From a virus: a stretch of 64,000 bases of DNA. Location of the stretch: the IMG/VR virus record IMGVR_UViG_3300034651_000084; one strand, written 5' to 3'. This document shows, piece by piece, positions 1 to 9,221 of this stretch (position 1 is the first letter of the stretch; every line of letters begins with the position of its first letter). The position numbers and the translations under genes were made by a program. The notes beneath the pieces were generated by a model. The model was not told where the DNA came from. It did not search any database and saw nothing but the letters and a program-made list of their open reading frames with translations.

Positions 1-67
1 ACGACTAGTTAAAGAATACCTCGCTGAAAATCTCGAAGACTTTGAAAATGTCTTTGTGTTGGCCTAA
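1..67 (+). CDS. 3' end of conserved phage hypothetical protein (full copy at 37237-37974)
   Basis: Same sequence as 37908-37974. Confidence 0.85.
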   Translation, partial: RLVKEYLAENLEDFENVFVLA

Positions 68-133
68 ACGATTTGGTAGCGGTGCAGGGCACGAGCCTTG
101 CACCTTGATTGGAAAGGTATTGGTGGTGATTAA

Positions 134-1282
134 ATGGCAGATATTAAATGGATAAAGTTATCCGTAAATATGTTTGATGATGAAAAGATAAAACTGATAC
201 GCACAATGCCAGAAGGCGACTCAATCGTTATTATCTGGGTACAAATTTTATGTTTGGCCGGCAAGATTAATGATAATGGTGCTGTGTATATGGGACAAAA
301 CCTAGCATATTCGGACGAAATGTTAGCCACTATATTAGGGCATCCATTAAACATCATGAGAGTTGCACTCCAAACATTAGAACAATTCGAAATGATCGAA
401 GTGGACGAAGGCGGAGAAATTGAAATCGTCAATTGGGAAAAACATCAGAATATAGATGGCATGGAACGTATTAGAAAACAAAATCGTGAGCGTAAAAAAC
501 GGTTTGACTTAAGAAAGAAAATCGAACAATTGGGGTATGATCCAAACGCTGAAAATGTCCCTTATGAAGTAGAAAAATTAGAAGAATACGTTGAAAAAAT
601 CGAAAAATTAAGTAGTAACGCTATTGAAACGTTCGGTAACGTTACTGAAGAAAACAACAATCATAAAACTGATAAAAGTGAACAAGAACCGCACAACAAC
701 AGCGATAACGTTAGTTCAGATGGTGGTAACGTTACAGTAACGTCTGGTAACGCAACAGATAAGACTAGAATAGAAGAGAGAAGAGAAGAGAAGAATAGAG
801 AAGAAAAGAAAGAAAGCAGCAGCAAAGAAAAAAATGCAGGCGGCGGCTCTGAAAAAAATATAGAAACTTTTTCTATTTTTGAAAAATTATGGATGTTTCC
901 AAATCTCGTGCAAAAAGAAACCTTGGAAGAATTTATTGATTTGTATGGTGATGATTTAGTGGTGGCTGCGATTAAGATAGCTGGTTCTAAAGATGTGATT
1001 AAGGGTAAGGCAATTAATTTTATTGAGTCTGTCCTTAAAGAGTGGGAAAACAATAATGTTAAAACCCTTGAACAAGCTCGTGAGTACGAACGTAATCGGA
1101 AAACCAAAAAGAAAAGCTACAACAACCAAAAACAACCTGTTCAAAAAGAGAAGTTACCAGACTGGGTAAATAACGAGCAGGGTACATCAAAAGATGATGA
1201 AGTACTTGATGACACCGAAACCGAAAAACGATTAGAGCGACTGAAAAGACTTAGAGAAGAAAAGGGGTTAAGTGATGAATAA
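134..1282 (+). CDS. Phage replication initiation protein (replisome organiser N-terminus plus DnaD/DnaB_2-like domain)
   Basis: MADIKWIKLSVNMFDDEKIKLI N-terminus and AINFIESVLKEWENNNVKTLEQA C-terminal motif are typical of Firmicutes phage initiators. Confidence 0.9.
   Translation: MADIKWIKLSVNMFDDEKIKLIRTMPEGDSIVIIWVQILCLAGKINDNGAVYMGQNLAYSDEMLATILGHPLNIMRVALQTLEQFEMIEVDEGGEIEIVNWEKHQNIDGMERIRKQNRERKKRFDLRKKIEQLGYDPNAENVPYEVEKLEEYVEKIEKLSSNAIETFGNVTEENNNHKTDKSEQEPHNNSDNVSSDGGNVTVTSGNATDKTRIEERREEKNREEKKESSSKEKNAGGGSEKNIETFSIFEKLWMFPNLVQKETLEEFIDLYGDDLVVAAIKIAGSKDVIKGKAINFIESVLKEWENNNVKTLEQAREYERNRKTKKKSYNNQKQPVQKEKLPDWVNNEQGTSKDDEVLDDTETEKRLERLKRLREEKGLSDE
615..830. promoter_or_regulatory. 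Probable phage origin of replication (iterons inside rep)
   Basis: GTAACG at 615, 636, 726, 737 and 747, palindromic GTAACGTTAC at 636-645 and 726-735, TAACGTTA at 706-713, then a purine-rich tract at about 760-830. This is the lambda O-like ori arrangement. Confidence 0.7.
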
Positions 1283-1818
1283 AAAAGAACTAAAAAACGA
1301 CATATATAAATTGCACAGATACGAAGCTGAAATGCACAATCCTGTGGCTAAAGCTTTGGCGTTTACTGTAACAACAGTCCCTTTGAAGGATGTTATTGAA
1401 GTTATAGACAACTTTGAAGTGCCGAAACAAGAAAAACCGGTAATCCCACAATTTGTAGCTGATTTTGTAGAAGAGGTTAAAGATTGGGCTTTATGAAATA
1501 TTTGATGATGAATATCTACATGAAGAGCACGACGAAATAGCAAAATGGTTATACGATAACGATACAAAAATGAATAGAGAACGTGAATTGATTTTGGTGG
1601 AAGCCTTAGCTAACGGATACGAAATCGAAGAAGAGCCGAAGTATCTAGTACTTTTAGGGGACAACAAATATCTTTCAAGAACTGGAAAAATATCAAATAT
1701 AAGCGATGATTTAAAACCTATGATGAAATTAAATTGTTCTATGACCGAACAAGAAATCAAAAAACATGATGAACGCTATTGGCCATTTAGAAAGCCAGTT
1801 GAAGAGGTGGAAGAATGA
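1275..1818 (+). pseudogene. DUF1642-like phage protein split by a +1 frameshift (ORFs 1275-1496 and 1570-1818)
   Basis: KPVIPQFVADF ends the first ORF; the +1 frame is open from 1471 and reads GLYEIFDDEYLHEEHDEIAKWLYDND...EALANGYEIEEEPKY, the second half of the same family. Confidence 0.65.
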
Positions 1819-2105
1819 GACAAAAAACCGAGATACAGAGTAGGCACAATCTAAAGATACTTCCAGAGTATTTTCAAGCAATTGCTAAAGGAATTAAAAC
1901 TTTTGAAATACGTAAGAATGATAGAAATTATCAAATAGGTGATCAAATCACGCTCATGGAGCACAACGGCCGGAATTACACTGGCCGTGAGATTATTGGC
2001 TCAATCACTTATATCACAGACTATGAGCAAAAAGAGGGTTATATCGTATTTGGGTTTAGAAAGTGGAGCATTAACACGCAGAGACAACAAAGACCGGATT
2101 ATTAG
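1815..2105 (+). CDS. ASCH/DUF3850 (PUA-like) domain protein
   Basis: HNLKILPEYFQAIAKGIKTFEIRKNDRNYQIGD motif. Confidence 0.85.
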   Translation: MRQKTEIQSRHNLKILPEYFQAIAKGIKTFEIRKNDRNYQIGDQITLMEHNGRNYTGREIIGSITYITDYEQKEGYIVFGFRKWSINTQRQQRPDY

Positions 2106-2119
2106 GGGGCTGAAACAGA

Positions 2120-2275
2120 ATGAAAGAAAAAATAACTCAATTTATCAAGCAATTACTCTGCAAGCCGCATCGATTTGATACGCCGAGACATAAATACAGA
2201 CTTGGAAACATCAAACACGGTTATGAGTGCAGCAAGTGTAAGAAAGTACGGTGGTTGGGATTAATAAAATTGTGA
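2120..2275 (+). CDS. Small Zn-ribbon-like phage protein, 51 aa (absent from ORF track)
   Basis: MKEKITQFIKQLLCKPH...YECSKCKKVRWLGLIKL; an upstream AGGGGG could act as RBS. Confidence 0.6.
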   Translation: MKEKITQFIKQLLCKPHRFDTPRHKYRLGNIKHGYECSKCKKVRWLGLIKL

Positions 2276-2634
2276 TTGATAGTCCTTTGCCATCGCTTAA
2301 CGAGTACACAAACGAGAATCGCAAACATTATCACAAGGGTGCACAAGTAAAAAAACGCGCCACATACATTTGCCGCATATTTATCCAGAAGGCAATCAAC
2401 GAAGGATTAGAAGTTCCAAAATTACCAATGGACTTGAAATTTACCTGGTACGTAAAAAACAGACGGCAGGATAAGGATAATATTTCATTTGCAAAGAAAT
2501 TCATTCTCGATGGTATGGTTGATGCTCGATTGATTAAAAACGACGGATGGGGTCAAATTGGCGATTTTACAGACACGTTTAAAGTAGATAAAAATGAGCG
2601 AGTGGAAATTGAATTGATTGGGGGAAAAGAATGA
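2251..2634 (+). CDS. rusA: RusA-like Holliday junction resolvase
   Basis: LPSLNEY...RRQDKDNISFAKKFILDGMV...IKNDGW carries the RusA acidic catalytic pattern. Confidence 0.8.
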   Translation: MVGINKIVIDSPLPSLNEYTNENRKHYHKGAQVKKRATYICRIFIQKAINEGLEVPKLPMDLKFTWYVKNRRQDKDNISFAKKFILDGMVDARLIKNDGWGQIGDFTDTFKVDKNERVEIELIGGKE

Positions 2635-2783
2635 ACCAATATACAGCGTTAGTAATTGTTAGTGTCGCTTTAATTCTATTGACTGGCTTTACATTTTATT
2701 TAACAGGTAGTGCGTGGTCTTTTGCAATATTATTGTTAATTGTCGGAATGAGTGCATCAGAGGATGGTGGAGATAGTGACTAA
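2631..2783 (+). CDS. Small membrane protein, 50 aa
   Basis: MNQYTALVIVSVALILLTGFTFYLTGSAWSFAILLLIVG: two hydrophobic segments; GGGGGA RBS; overlaps the previous stop. Confidence 0.65.
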   Translation: MNQYTALVIVSVALILLTGFTFYLTGSAWSFAILLLIVGMSASEDGGDSD

Positions 2784-2925
2784 TTACAAAAATGAACAAC
2801 AAAAGCCGAAGTCTGCACCCAAACACGAATTAAATGACAAACAAGCTAAATACCTTAAAGAACTCGAAGAACGCAACAAACGCGAAATTAGTACGTATAG
2901 GGGTGGCTATAATGTTGGCGATTGA
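2776..2925 (+). CDS. Hypothetical protein, 49 aa
   Basis: GTG start after GGAG; MTNYKNEQQKPKSAPKHELNDKQAKYLKELEERNKR; coupled to its neighbours. Confidence 0.5.
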   Translation: MTNYKNEQQKPKSAPKHELNDKQAKYLKELEERNKREISTYRGGYNVGD

Positions 2926-3118
2926 TTGGTATAGAGCGCACCAAAATTTAGATGCACTGAACGAAATGAAACGAGATAGCGCAATAAAGTATATTCACAT
3001 AGTTAATGATTTTGTAGGCTTTTATGCGGACAACCCCCGCTATGAAGAAGTGGTAAAGTTTGATTTGCGTTTTGAAGTTACAGGAACGTTTGATGACTTA
3101 TGCAGTAAATATTTTTAG
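2912..3118 (+). CDS. Hypothetical phage protein (probable start 2912)
   Basis: ATG at 2912 preceded by AGGGGTG; fits operon tiling better than 2834. Confidence 0.55.
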   Translation: MLAIDWYRAHQNLDALNEMKRDSAIKYIHIVNDFVGFYADNPRYEEVVKFDLRFEVTGTFDDLCSKYF

Positions 3119-3129
3119 GAGCATACGCG

Positions 3130-3261
3130 ATGAGAAAACTTAAGAAAGGCGACAAATACCGTCCGATTGTGCACATAAAGAAAGTTAAAAAGGACGTGCC
3201 GACTGTCTTGCAGGTAAGCGGGCGAAGATATGTGTTAGAGCACAAGCACCAACATAAGTGA
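3130..3261 (+). CDS. Small basic phage protein, 43 aa
   Basis: AGGAG RBS then MRKLKKGDKYRPIVHIKKVKKDVPTVLQVSGRRYVLEH. Confidence 0.6.
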   Translation: MRKLKKGDKYRPIVHIKKVKKDVPTVLQVSGRRYVLEHKHQHK

Positions 3262-3275
3262 TTGGAGTTGATTAA

Positions 3276-3683
3276 GTGGTTAGTTATAAACAAGCAGAAA
3301 ATAAGCTAAAAGATTATTATTCGGGGAAGCACCGAAATAAAATACTTAATCGGCGATTGCAGCTTAGATACCCTTACTACTTTTTTCCGAGCGATGAAAA
3401 TATTGGCGGTGGCAAAACCAATAGCACATCCGATCCAACGGAAAGTGTCGCCAGGAAAAGAGCAGATGATGCAAAATTAAATAAGTTGCAACGTGAAGAA
3501 GAGGCCATTAAAAATTTTTTGAAGCACTTGGATTTAAAAACTGAACAAATATTGTATTATTTTTATAAAAAGAATAATACATGGGGAGAAGTTAGCGAAG
3601 TTGTTGGTTATTCAATCACTGCTTGTAAAAATAAAAGAAGCGATTCAATTAAAAAACTGGCTGAATGGCTGAAATTAGAGTGA
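3276..3683 (+). CDS. ArpU/RinA-family late transcription activator
   Basis: Position just before the packaging genes; C-terminal sigma-region-4-like HTH (TWGEVSEVVGYSITACKNKR). Confidence 0.8.
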   Translation: MVSYKQAENKLKDYYSGKHRNKILNRRLQLRYPYYFFPSDENIGGGKTNSTSDPTESVARKRADDAKLNKLQREEEAIKNFLKHLDLKTEQILYYFYKKNNTWGEVSEVVGYSITACKNKRSDSIKKLAEWLKLE

Positions 3684-3684
3684 A

Positions 3685-3738
3685 TGTCTCTTTAGTGTCC
3701 GATTAGTGTCTCTTTTGTCTGTTTTTCGGTGGTATAAT
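3685..3738 (+). promoter_or_regulatory. Late promoter with phased activator-binding repeats
   Basis: TGTC at 3685, 3696 and 3707 (11-bp period; TTAGTGTC twice, TGTCTCTTT twice), then TGGTATAAT at about 3730-3738 with no consensus -35. Confidence 0.6.
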
Positions 3739-3830
3739 GCTAATATGAAGATATTATATAATTGGCTAGGTAAGTTCCTTTTTTGGTTGTTTGTCAAAAT
3801 TTCTCCTTAGAAAATAACCTAGCCTTTTAT

Positions 3831-3903
3831 TGGAATATAGCTCAGTTGGTAGAGCACTGCACTGTTAATGCAGAGGTCACAGGTTCGAGCCCCGTTGTTC
3901 CAG
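3831..3903 (+). tRNA. tRNA-Asn (GTT)
   Basis: Acceptor TGGAATA/TGTTCCA, D arm GCTCAGTTGGTAGAGC, anticodon arm CTGCA-CTGTTAA-TGCAG, T loop GGTTCGAGCC; one A-C mismatch in the T stem; CCA not encoded. Confidence 0.93.
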
Positions 3904-4062
3904 TTGAGAGGAATCTCAAGGCCGCGGAAACGGTCAAAAATTTATACTATTTCTTAGTCTTATTTCGCAATATGTTTTACTCACTCATATTGTGATTGCT
4001 CATCAAGTGGATGTAAAACACAATTTGAATGAACGTCTGGGAATACGTTCAATGTCTAAAGG

Positions 4063-4096
4063 AAAAGCCATTCGTGTGGAAGCGGGTGGCTTTTTG
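4063..4096 (+). terminator. Intrinsic terminator-like hairpin upstream of terS
   Basis: AAAAGCCATTCG...CGGGTGGCTTTTT. Confidence 0.55.
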
Positions 4097-4124
4097 TATT
4101 ACATAAAATTATAAAGGTGGTGGG

Positions 4125-4619
4125 ATGATGGCGAGAGGCAAATATCATGATTGGTTAACAGAAGAAGGGCTTTTGAAACTCGAAGGCTGGGCTCGTGATG
4201 GTCTCACGGACGAACAAATAGCACAAAATATTGGCATTGCTGTTGCGACTTTGTACGTTTGGAAAAATAAGTATCCAGAGATATCAGAGTCCCTAAAAAG
4301 GGGAAAAGAAGTTGTTGACCGACAAGTTGAAAATGCATTGCTTAAAAGAGCACTGGGTTATCAATACTTTGAGGTTACTTATGAATTGGTCGAAGAAGAA
4401 GACGGAATGACCGTCGAACGAGTGACTAAACGTGTTTTGAAAGAGGAAAAACCAGACACGACGGCCGCTATCTTCTGGCTTAAAAACCGCAAACCAACCG
4501 AGTGGAGAGACAAACAACATACTGAAATTAGTGGTGGTATCGATGTTAATAACCCATTCGAGGACTTAACCACCGAGGAACTCCGAAAGTTAGCAAAGAG
4601 TGAAAAAAATGGTAGTTGA
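4125..4619 (+). CDS. terS: Terminase small subunit
   Basis: N-terminal HTH (LTDEQIAQNIGIAVATLYVWK), DTTAAIFWLKNRKP motif, directly upstream of TerL. Confidence 0.9.
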   Translation: MMARGKYHDWLTEEGLLKLEGWARDGLTDEQIAQNIGIAVATLYVWKNKYPEISESLKRGKEVVDRQVENALLKRALGYQYFEVTYELVEEEDGMTVERVTKRVLKEEKPDTTAAIFWLKNRKPTEWRDKQHTEISGGIDVNNPFEDLTTEELRKLAKSEKNGS

Positions 4620-6000
4620 AATGGCTGATATCCAATTAGGTGCGAAAGTAGAACTTGCAAAAAGAGACTTCTTTGAATACTGCCATTTAAAAGACCCAAA
4701 TTTTTATAAATATGACCGACAATTCTTGATTGACCTAGCAGACGAATTACAAGAATTTATTGACTCCGATGATGACGTGAACGTTATCAACGTGCCGCCT
4801 CGACATGGAAAAAGTTATTCGGGAAGTAATTTCATTGAGTGGTTACTCGGCAATGACCCAACAATAAAAACAATGATAGGGTCATATAACGAAACGCTAT
4901 CGACACGATTTTCTAAAAATGTACGAAACACGATTCAAGAAGTGAAAACATCTAGAAATCAAATAATTTACAACGATATCTTTCCAGATACCAAGATTAA
5001 ATACGGCGATGCCAGCATGACCTTATGGAGTTTGGAAGGCACAGATATGAGTTACCTGGCAACTTCTCCTGGTGGTACCGCGACTGGTTTTGGTGCGGAC
5101 ATCATTGTGATTGATGACATTATCAAAAACGCGCTGGAAGCAAATACTGCTCATGTTTTAGACGGCCACTGGGAATGGTTTACGAACACCATGCTTTCAC
5201 GGCTTGAAAAAGACGGAAAAATTATACTAATCATGACACGCTGGCATTCAAACGACTTGGCCGGAAGAGTATTAAAAGAAATGCCTGGGATGGGTTATAA
5301 AGTCCGTCATACGAATATGAAGGCTTTGCAAGATGATGGCACCATGCTCTCTGAAGATATACTTTCTAGAGAAGAATATGAGAAGAAAACAAAAGCAATG
5401 GGGTCAGATATTGCAGCTGCGAACTATCAACAAACACCAATTGACATCAAAGGTAAGCTCTATAATAAAGGCTTTAAAACATATTCCTCACTACCAACGA
5501 TTAAGCGTATCTCAAGCTACACAGATACCGCCGATAGTGGTAGTGATTATTTATGTACGGTAATTTATGGTGAAACAATGGCAAATCAAGCGTATATGAT
5601 TGATGTTGTCTATACAAAGGACGATATGACCGTTACAGAGCCATTGGTTGCACGGAAGTTTGTTGAGAATACTGTCAACGAAGCTACAATCGAAGGGAAC
5701 AATGGCGGTAAAGGCTTTGCTCGTTCGGTTGAGAAACACATGAAAGAAGATTTTAAATCAAATAAGACCTATATTGAGACATTCCATCAAACCAACAACA
5801 AACAAGCTCGAATTATATCAAATGCAACTTGGCTGATGGAGAATCTTTATATGCCAGAAAACTGGCGAGATATGTGGCCAGAATATTACGAAGCGATGAC
5901 GACTTACCAAAAAGAAGGTAAAAACATGAATGATGATGCACAAGATGCAACCACTGGTATTGCAGAGAAGATGAGCGTTAGTGATGACTGGTTATATTAA
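4600..6000 (+). CDS. terL: Terminase large subunit (start may be 4621)
   Basis: Walker A PPRHGKS, Walker B IIVIDD, C-terminal nuclease DTAD...DDAQD. Confidence 0.95.
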   Translation: MKKMVVEMADIQLGAKVELAKRDFFEYCHLKDPNFYKYDRQFLIDLADELQEFIDSDDDVNVINVPPRHGKSYSGSNFIEWLLGNDPTIKTMIGSYNETLSTRFSKNVRNTIQEVKTSRNQIIYNDIFPDTKIKYGDASMTLWSLEGTDMSYLATSPGGTATGFGADIIVIDDIIKNALEANTAHVLDGHWEWFTNTMLSRLEKDGKIILIMTRWHSNDLAGRVLKEMPGMGYKVRHTNMKALQDDGTMLSEDILSREEYEKKTKAMGSDIAAANYQQTPIDIKGKLYNKGFKTYSSLPTIKRISSYTDTADSGSDYLCTVIYGETMANQAYMIDVVYTKDDMTVTEPLVARKFVENTVNEATIEGNNGGKGFARSVEKHMKEDFKSNKTYIETFHQTNNKQARIISNATWLMENLYMPENWRDMWPEYYEAMTTYQKEGKNMNDDAQDATTGIAEKMSVSDDWLY

Positions 6001-7524
6001 TTGAGAGAGGTGATTAAACTGAGTTATAGAGACTTATTAAGTGATGATCCAACGAAAGTTGCTGAAGCTTTAGACAAAGCAATACCCGAGGACAAGACAT
6101 CAGAAGTCAAAAAGAAAGCACGAATTGGCGAAAAGTACTATAAATTTGAACATGATATTTTAGATAACCGTATTTTTTATATTGATGATAACGGGCAGCT
6201 GCAAGAAGATAAATACGCATCAAACGTTAAAATACCCCATCCGTTCTTTACGGAACAAGTCGACCAAAAAGTTCAGTATGTGTTGTCTGAGCCGATTGAA
6301 TTAATTGTTCCAGATGATAAAGAACACGAAGGGCTGCAAGACAAACTTGATGACTATTATGACGAAAACATGCAAGTATTTTTACAAGAGGCATTAGAAG
6401 GCGCTTCTAAAAAGGGACTAGAGTATGTTTATGCAAGAACAAATGCTGATGATCGACTATCTTTCCAAGTATCAGACAGTCTAAAGACATTTGAAGTCTA
6501 TGATGAAAATGGTGAAAGACAGCGAACGGTACGTTATTACAATAAAGATATTGAAAAAGATGATGAATTAAAATCAATCGAACACGCAGAAGTTTGGGAT
6601 GATGAACAGGTTTATTATTTCGTAAAAGAAGAGAACAAATACACACTCGATACTTCTAGAGAAATGAATCCAAGAAAACATGTTTTAGCTGTCGATAGTC
6701 AAGGTACTGTATTAGGGCGTTCTTATGAACGAAATCCATTTTATCGATTAAGCAACAATACGCATGAAACAACTGATTTAGAGCCAATTAAAGCGTTGAT
6801 TGATGACTATGATTTAATGGCTGCATTTTTATCAAATAACTTACAAGATTTTTCAGAAGCTATTTATGTAGTGAAAGGTTTTAAAGGTGATGATTTAACA
6901 AGTTTACGCCAAAACGTGAAATCCAAGAAAACGGTAGGCGTTGGGACTGATGGCGATTTAGATATTCGTACCGTAGAAATCCCTCATGAAGCACGAAAAA
7001 CAAAACTAGAGATTGACAAGGATGCTATTTATAAGTTTGGAATGGCGGTCGATACATCACAAATCGGTCATTCAAGCGGAACAGTTACCAATGTAGCAAT
7101 CAAAGCTGGTTATTCGTTACTTGACATGAAAGCGAACAAAGCAGAGGTACGCTTACGCTCCATGCTCAAATGGATGAACGAAATGATTATTGATGACATT
7201 AATCGACGACATAACACAAACTATATGGCCGATAACATTGAAATCACGATTACACGAACAACACCAGTCAACGAAAATGACATTGCGACCAATGAAAAAA
7301 TTCAAGCAGAAACACAACAGCTGTATATTCAAACAATTATTGCAGCTGCTCCTCGTATTGGTGATGAAGAGACATTGAAGCTTATTTGCGAGCAATTTGA
7401 ACTTGATTGGGAAGAGGTGCAAGACAAGCTAGAAAAACAAGAATATACGTCAGGTTTACAAGATGACACGGATCCACCAGAAATGGGTGATGAAGTAGAT
7501 GGCGAAATCGAGGCAACTGAGTAA
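6001..7524 (+). CDS. Portal protein, SPP1 gp6-like
   Basis: 507 aa after TerL; ALIDDYD and TNVAIKAGYSLLDMKA motifs. Start uncertain (TTG 6001, GTG 6010). Confidence 0.92.
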   Translation: MREVIKLSYRDLLSDDPTKVAEALDKAIPEDKTSEVKKKARIGEKYYKFEHDILDNRIFYIDDNGQLQEDKYASNVKIPHPFFTEQVDQKVQYVLSEPIELIVPDDKEHEGLQDKLDDYYDENMQVFLQEALEGASKKGLEYVYARTNADDRLSFQVSDSLKTFEVYDENGERQRTVRYYNKDIEKDDELKSIEHAEVWDDEQVYYFVKEENKYTLDTSREMNPRKHVLAVDSQGTVLGRSYERNPFYRLSNNTHETTDLEPIKALIDDYDLMAAFLSNNLQDFSEAIYVVKGFKGDDLTSLRQNVKSKKTVGVGTDGDLDIRTVEIPHEARKTKLEIDKDAIYKFGMAVDTSQIGHSSGTVTNVAIKAGYSLLDMKANKAEVRLRSMLKWMNEMIIDDINRRHNTNYMADNIEITITRTTPVNENDIATNEKIQAETQQLYIQTIIAAAPRIGDEETLKLICEQFELDWEEVQDKLEKQEYTSGLQDDTDPPEMGDEVDGEIEATE

Positions 7525-9211
7525 ATGGGAAAAAGAAGTTAGGCGGTTGTCCATTAATCGATTTAAAGAGACGGACAACGTGTTATTTAACCACTACAAA
7601 GATGCATTAAGAGAAATGAAAGTTGAACTCAAACGCTACATTGACACTTATGAGGAATTATCTTTCTCAAAACGTTTAGAAGCGGAACGTCAAATACAAG
7701 TGGCTAATCGAATTGATGAAATACTCATTGATTTGAATAAGTGGAGCGAATCTGACATTCGCAAGAGTATCGAACAAGAAGCGAACTTTGGGTATTACGG
7801 TTCATGGTATGAGTTAGAGGGCGCTGAAAATATCCAGTTAGATTTTGCGATGCTTCCAGAGAATTATATCGAGGAACTCACGAACAAACCGGTGGCCGGA
7901 AAGAGACTGTCAACACGCTTATATGATTATCGCAATCAATTAGCCGAAAGAACAACAACGGCTTTGATTGATGGTGCAGCAAAAGGGCGAGGGTATCGGA
8001 AAATCGCAAAAGAAATTGGTGAATTAACTGAAGCGAATTATAAACAGGCGTTACGTATTGCTCGCACTGAAGGTGGACGTGCTCAATCAACCGCCAAGCA
8101 AAGAGCTTATAAAGAAGCGCAGGATAAAGGTGTAGAAATCGAAAAGCAATGGATGTCTGTGTTGGATGATAGGACAAGACACAATCATCAAATTCTAGAT
8201 GGGCAAACAGTCGACATAGAAGAAGAATTTACTTCTCCTAGTGGCGCTAAAGCTCAGGGACCCAGGTTATTCGGCAACGCTGGTGATGACATCAACTGTA
8301 GATGTACTACAATCACGATTGTTAATGGTTTATCCCCGGAATTAAGACGAGACAATGAAACTGGTGAAGTTATTCCTTTCCAAACTTACACAGAATGGGC
8401 GGAAAACAAAGGCATTGTCCCTGAGGCGATTGAATCGGGACCAACAATCAAAATAAACGATACTATTCGAGATAAGATAACTGCCACTCAGTTTGACGAG
8501 ATCACAGAGTTATTAGGTAGAGCTCCCGACAGTATTCAAAAGATGTGGAATAAATATTCTGATAATATGAATTGGGGAAGCACTTCAGACGGAAACTATT
8601 TTAGCGCACAAACTGAATATGCTTTTATAAAACCAAGCGACTTAAAGAAAGACAACTTAGAAGATTATAAAGTATTATTTCACGAGATGGCTCATAATAT
8701 TGATAGTGTGGCTGGTTCCCAGCAATACGGCAATCGATTTAACTTTGCTTCATCTCATTATAGTGATGAATTTACGCGATTATTAAAAAAAGATGCTGAT
8801 GACTATATTAAAAAACAGCAAAAAAGAATGGGAGAATTAGTTAAGGAACAATGGGATGACGAAGGCGCCGGTGGTTATCAAAAATTTGTTCTTGACGGCC
8901 AAGAAATGTTGCTGCCCAAAAAAATCAAGAAAAGAGATGCAAAGTCTTTTGTTGCGAACGAATTAAGCGAAAAAAGTTTCAAAGATATAAGCGCTGTAGG
9001 AGATGTTTTTGAAGGTGCTACAGGTGTGTCTTCTAAAGGTGGGCACGGCAAGAAGTATTGGAAAAATAAAGATATGTTGCCGCGTGAAGCCTTTGCTCAT
9101 ATGACACAAACCACTATTAACAATGAACAATCGCTCAGAGAGATGAAACATTACTTTCCTAATGCATATGAAGAGTATTTAAATGTAGTTAAAATTATAA
9201 ACGAAATTTAA
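7499..9211 (+). CDS. MuF / SPP1 gp7-like minor head protein with C-terminal HExxH metallopeptidase-like extension
   Basis: RIARTEGGRAQ, DDRTRHNH and INCRC MuF motifs, then about 270 aa containing LFHEMAHNID and REAFAH. Confidence 0.88.
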   Translation: MAKSRQLSKWEKEVRRLSINRFKETDNVLFNHYKDALREMKVELKRYIDTYEELSFSKRLEAERQIQVANRIDEILIDLNKWSESDIRKSIEQEANFGYYGSWYELEGAENIQLDFAMLPENYIEELTNKPVAGKRLSTRLYDYRNQLAERTTTALIDGAAKGRGYRKIAKEIGELTEANYKQALRIARTEGGRAQSTAKQRAYKEAQDKGVEIEKQWMSVLDDRTRHNHQILDGQTVDIEEEFTSPSGAKAQGPRLFGNAGDDINCRCTTITIVNGLSPELRRDNETGEVIPFQTYTEWAENKGIVPEAIESGPTIKINDTIRDKITATQFDEITELLGRAPDSIQKMWNKYSDNMNWGSTSDGNYFSAQTEYAFIKPSDLKKDNLEDYKVLFHEMAHNIDSVAGSQQYGNRFNFASSHYSDEFTRLLKKDADDYIKKQQKRMGELVKEQWDDEGAGGYQKFVLDGQEMLLPKKIKKRDAKSFVANELSEKSFKDISAVGDVFEGATGVSSKGGHGKKYWKNKDMLPREAFAHMTQTTINNEQSLREMKHYFPNAYEEYLNVVKIINEI

Positions 9212-9221
9212 GGGGATCAAC

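Noticed and set aside
3831-3903. Functional link between tRNA-Asn and the AAY-rich TR
   Set aside because: TR is a non-translated template, so the match is probably coincidental.
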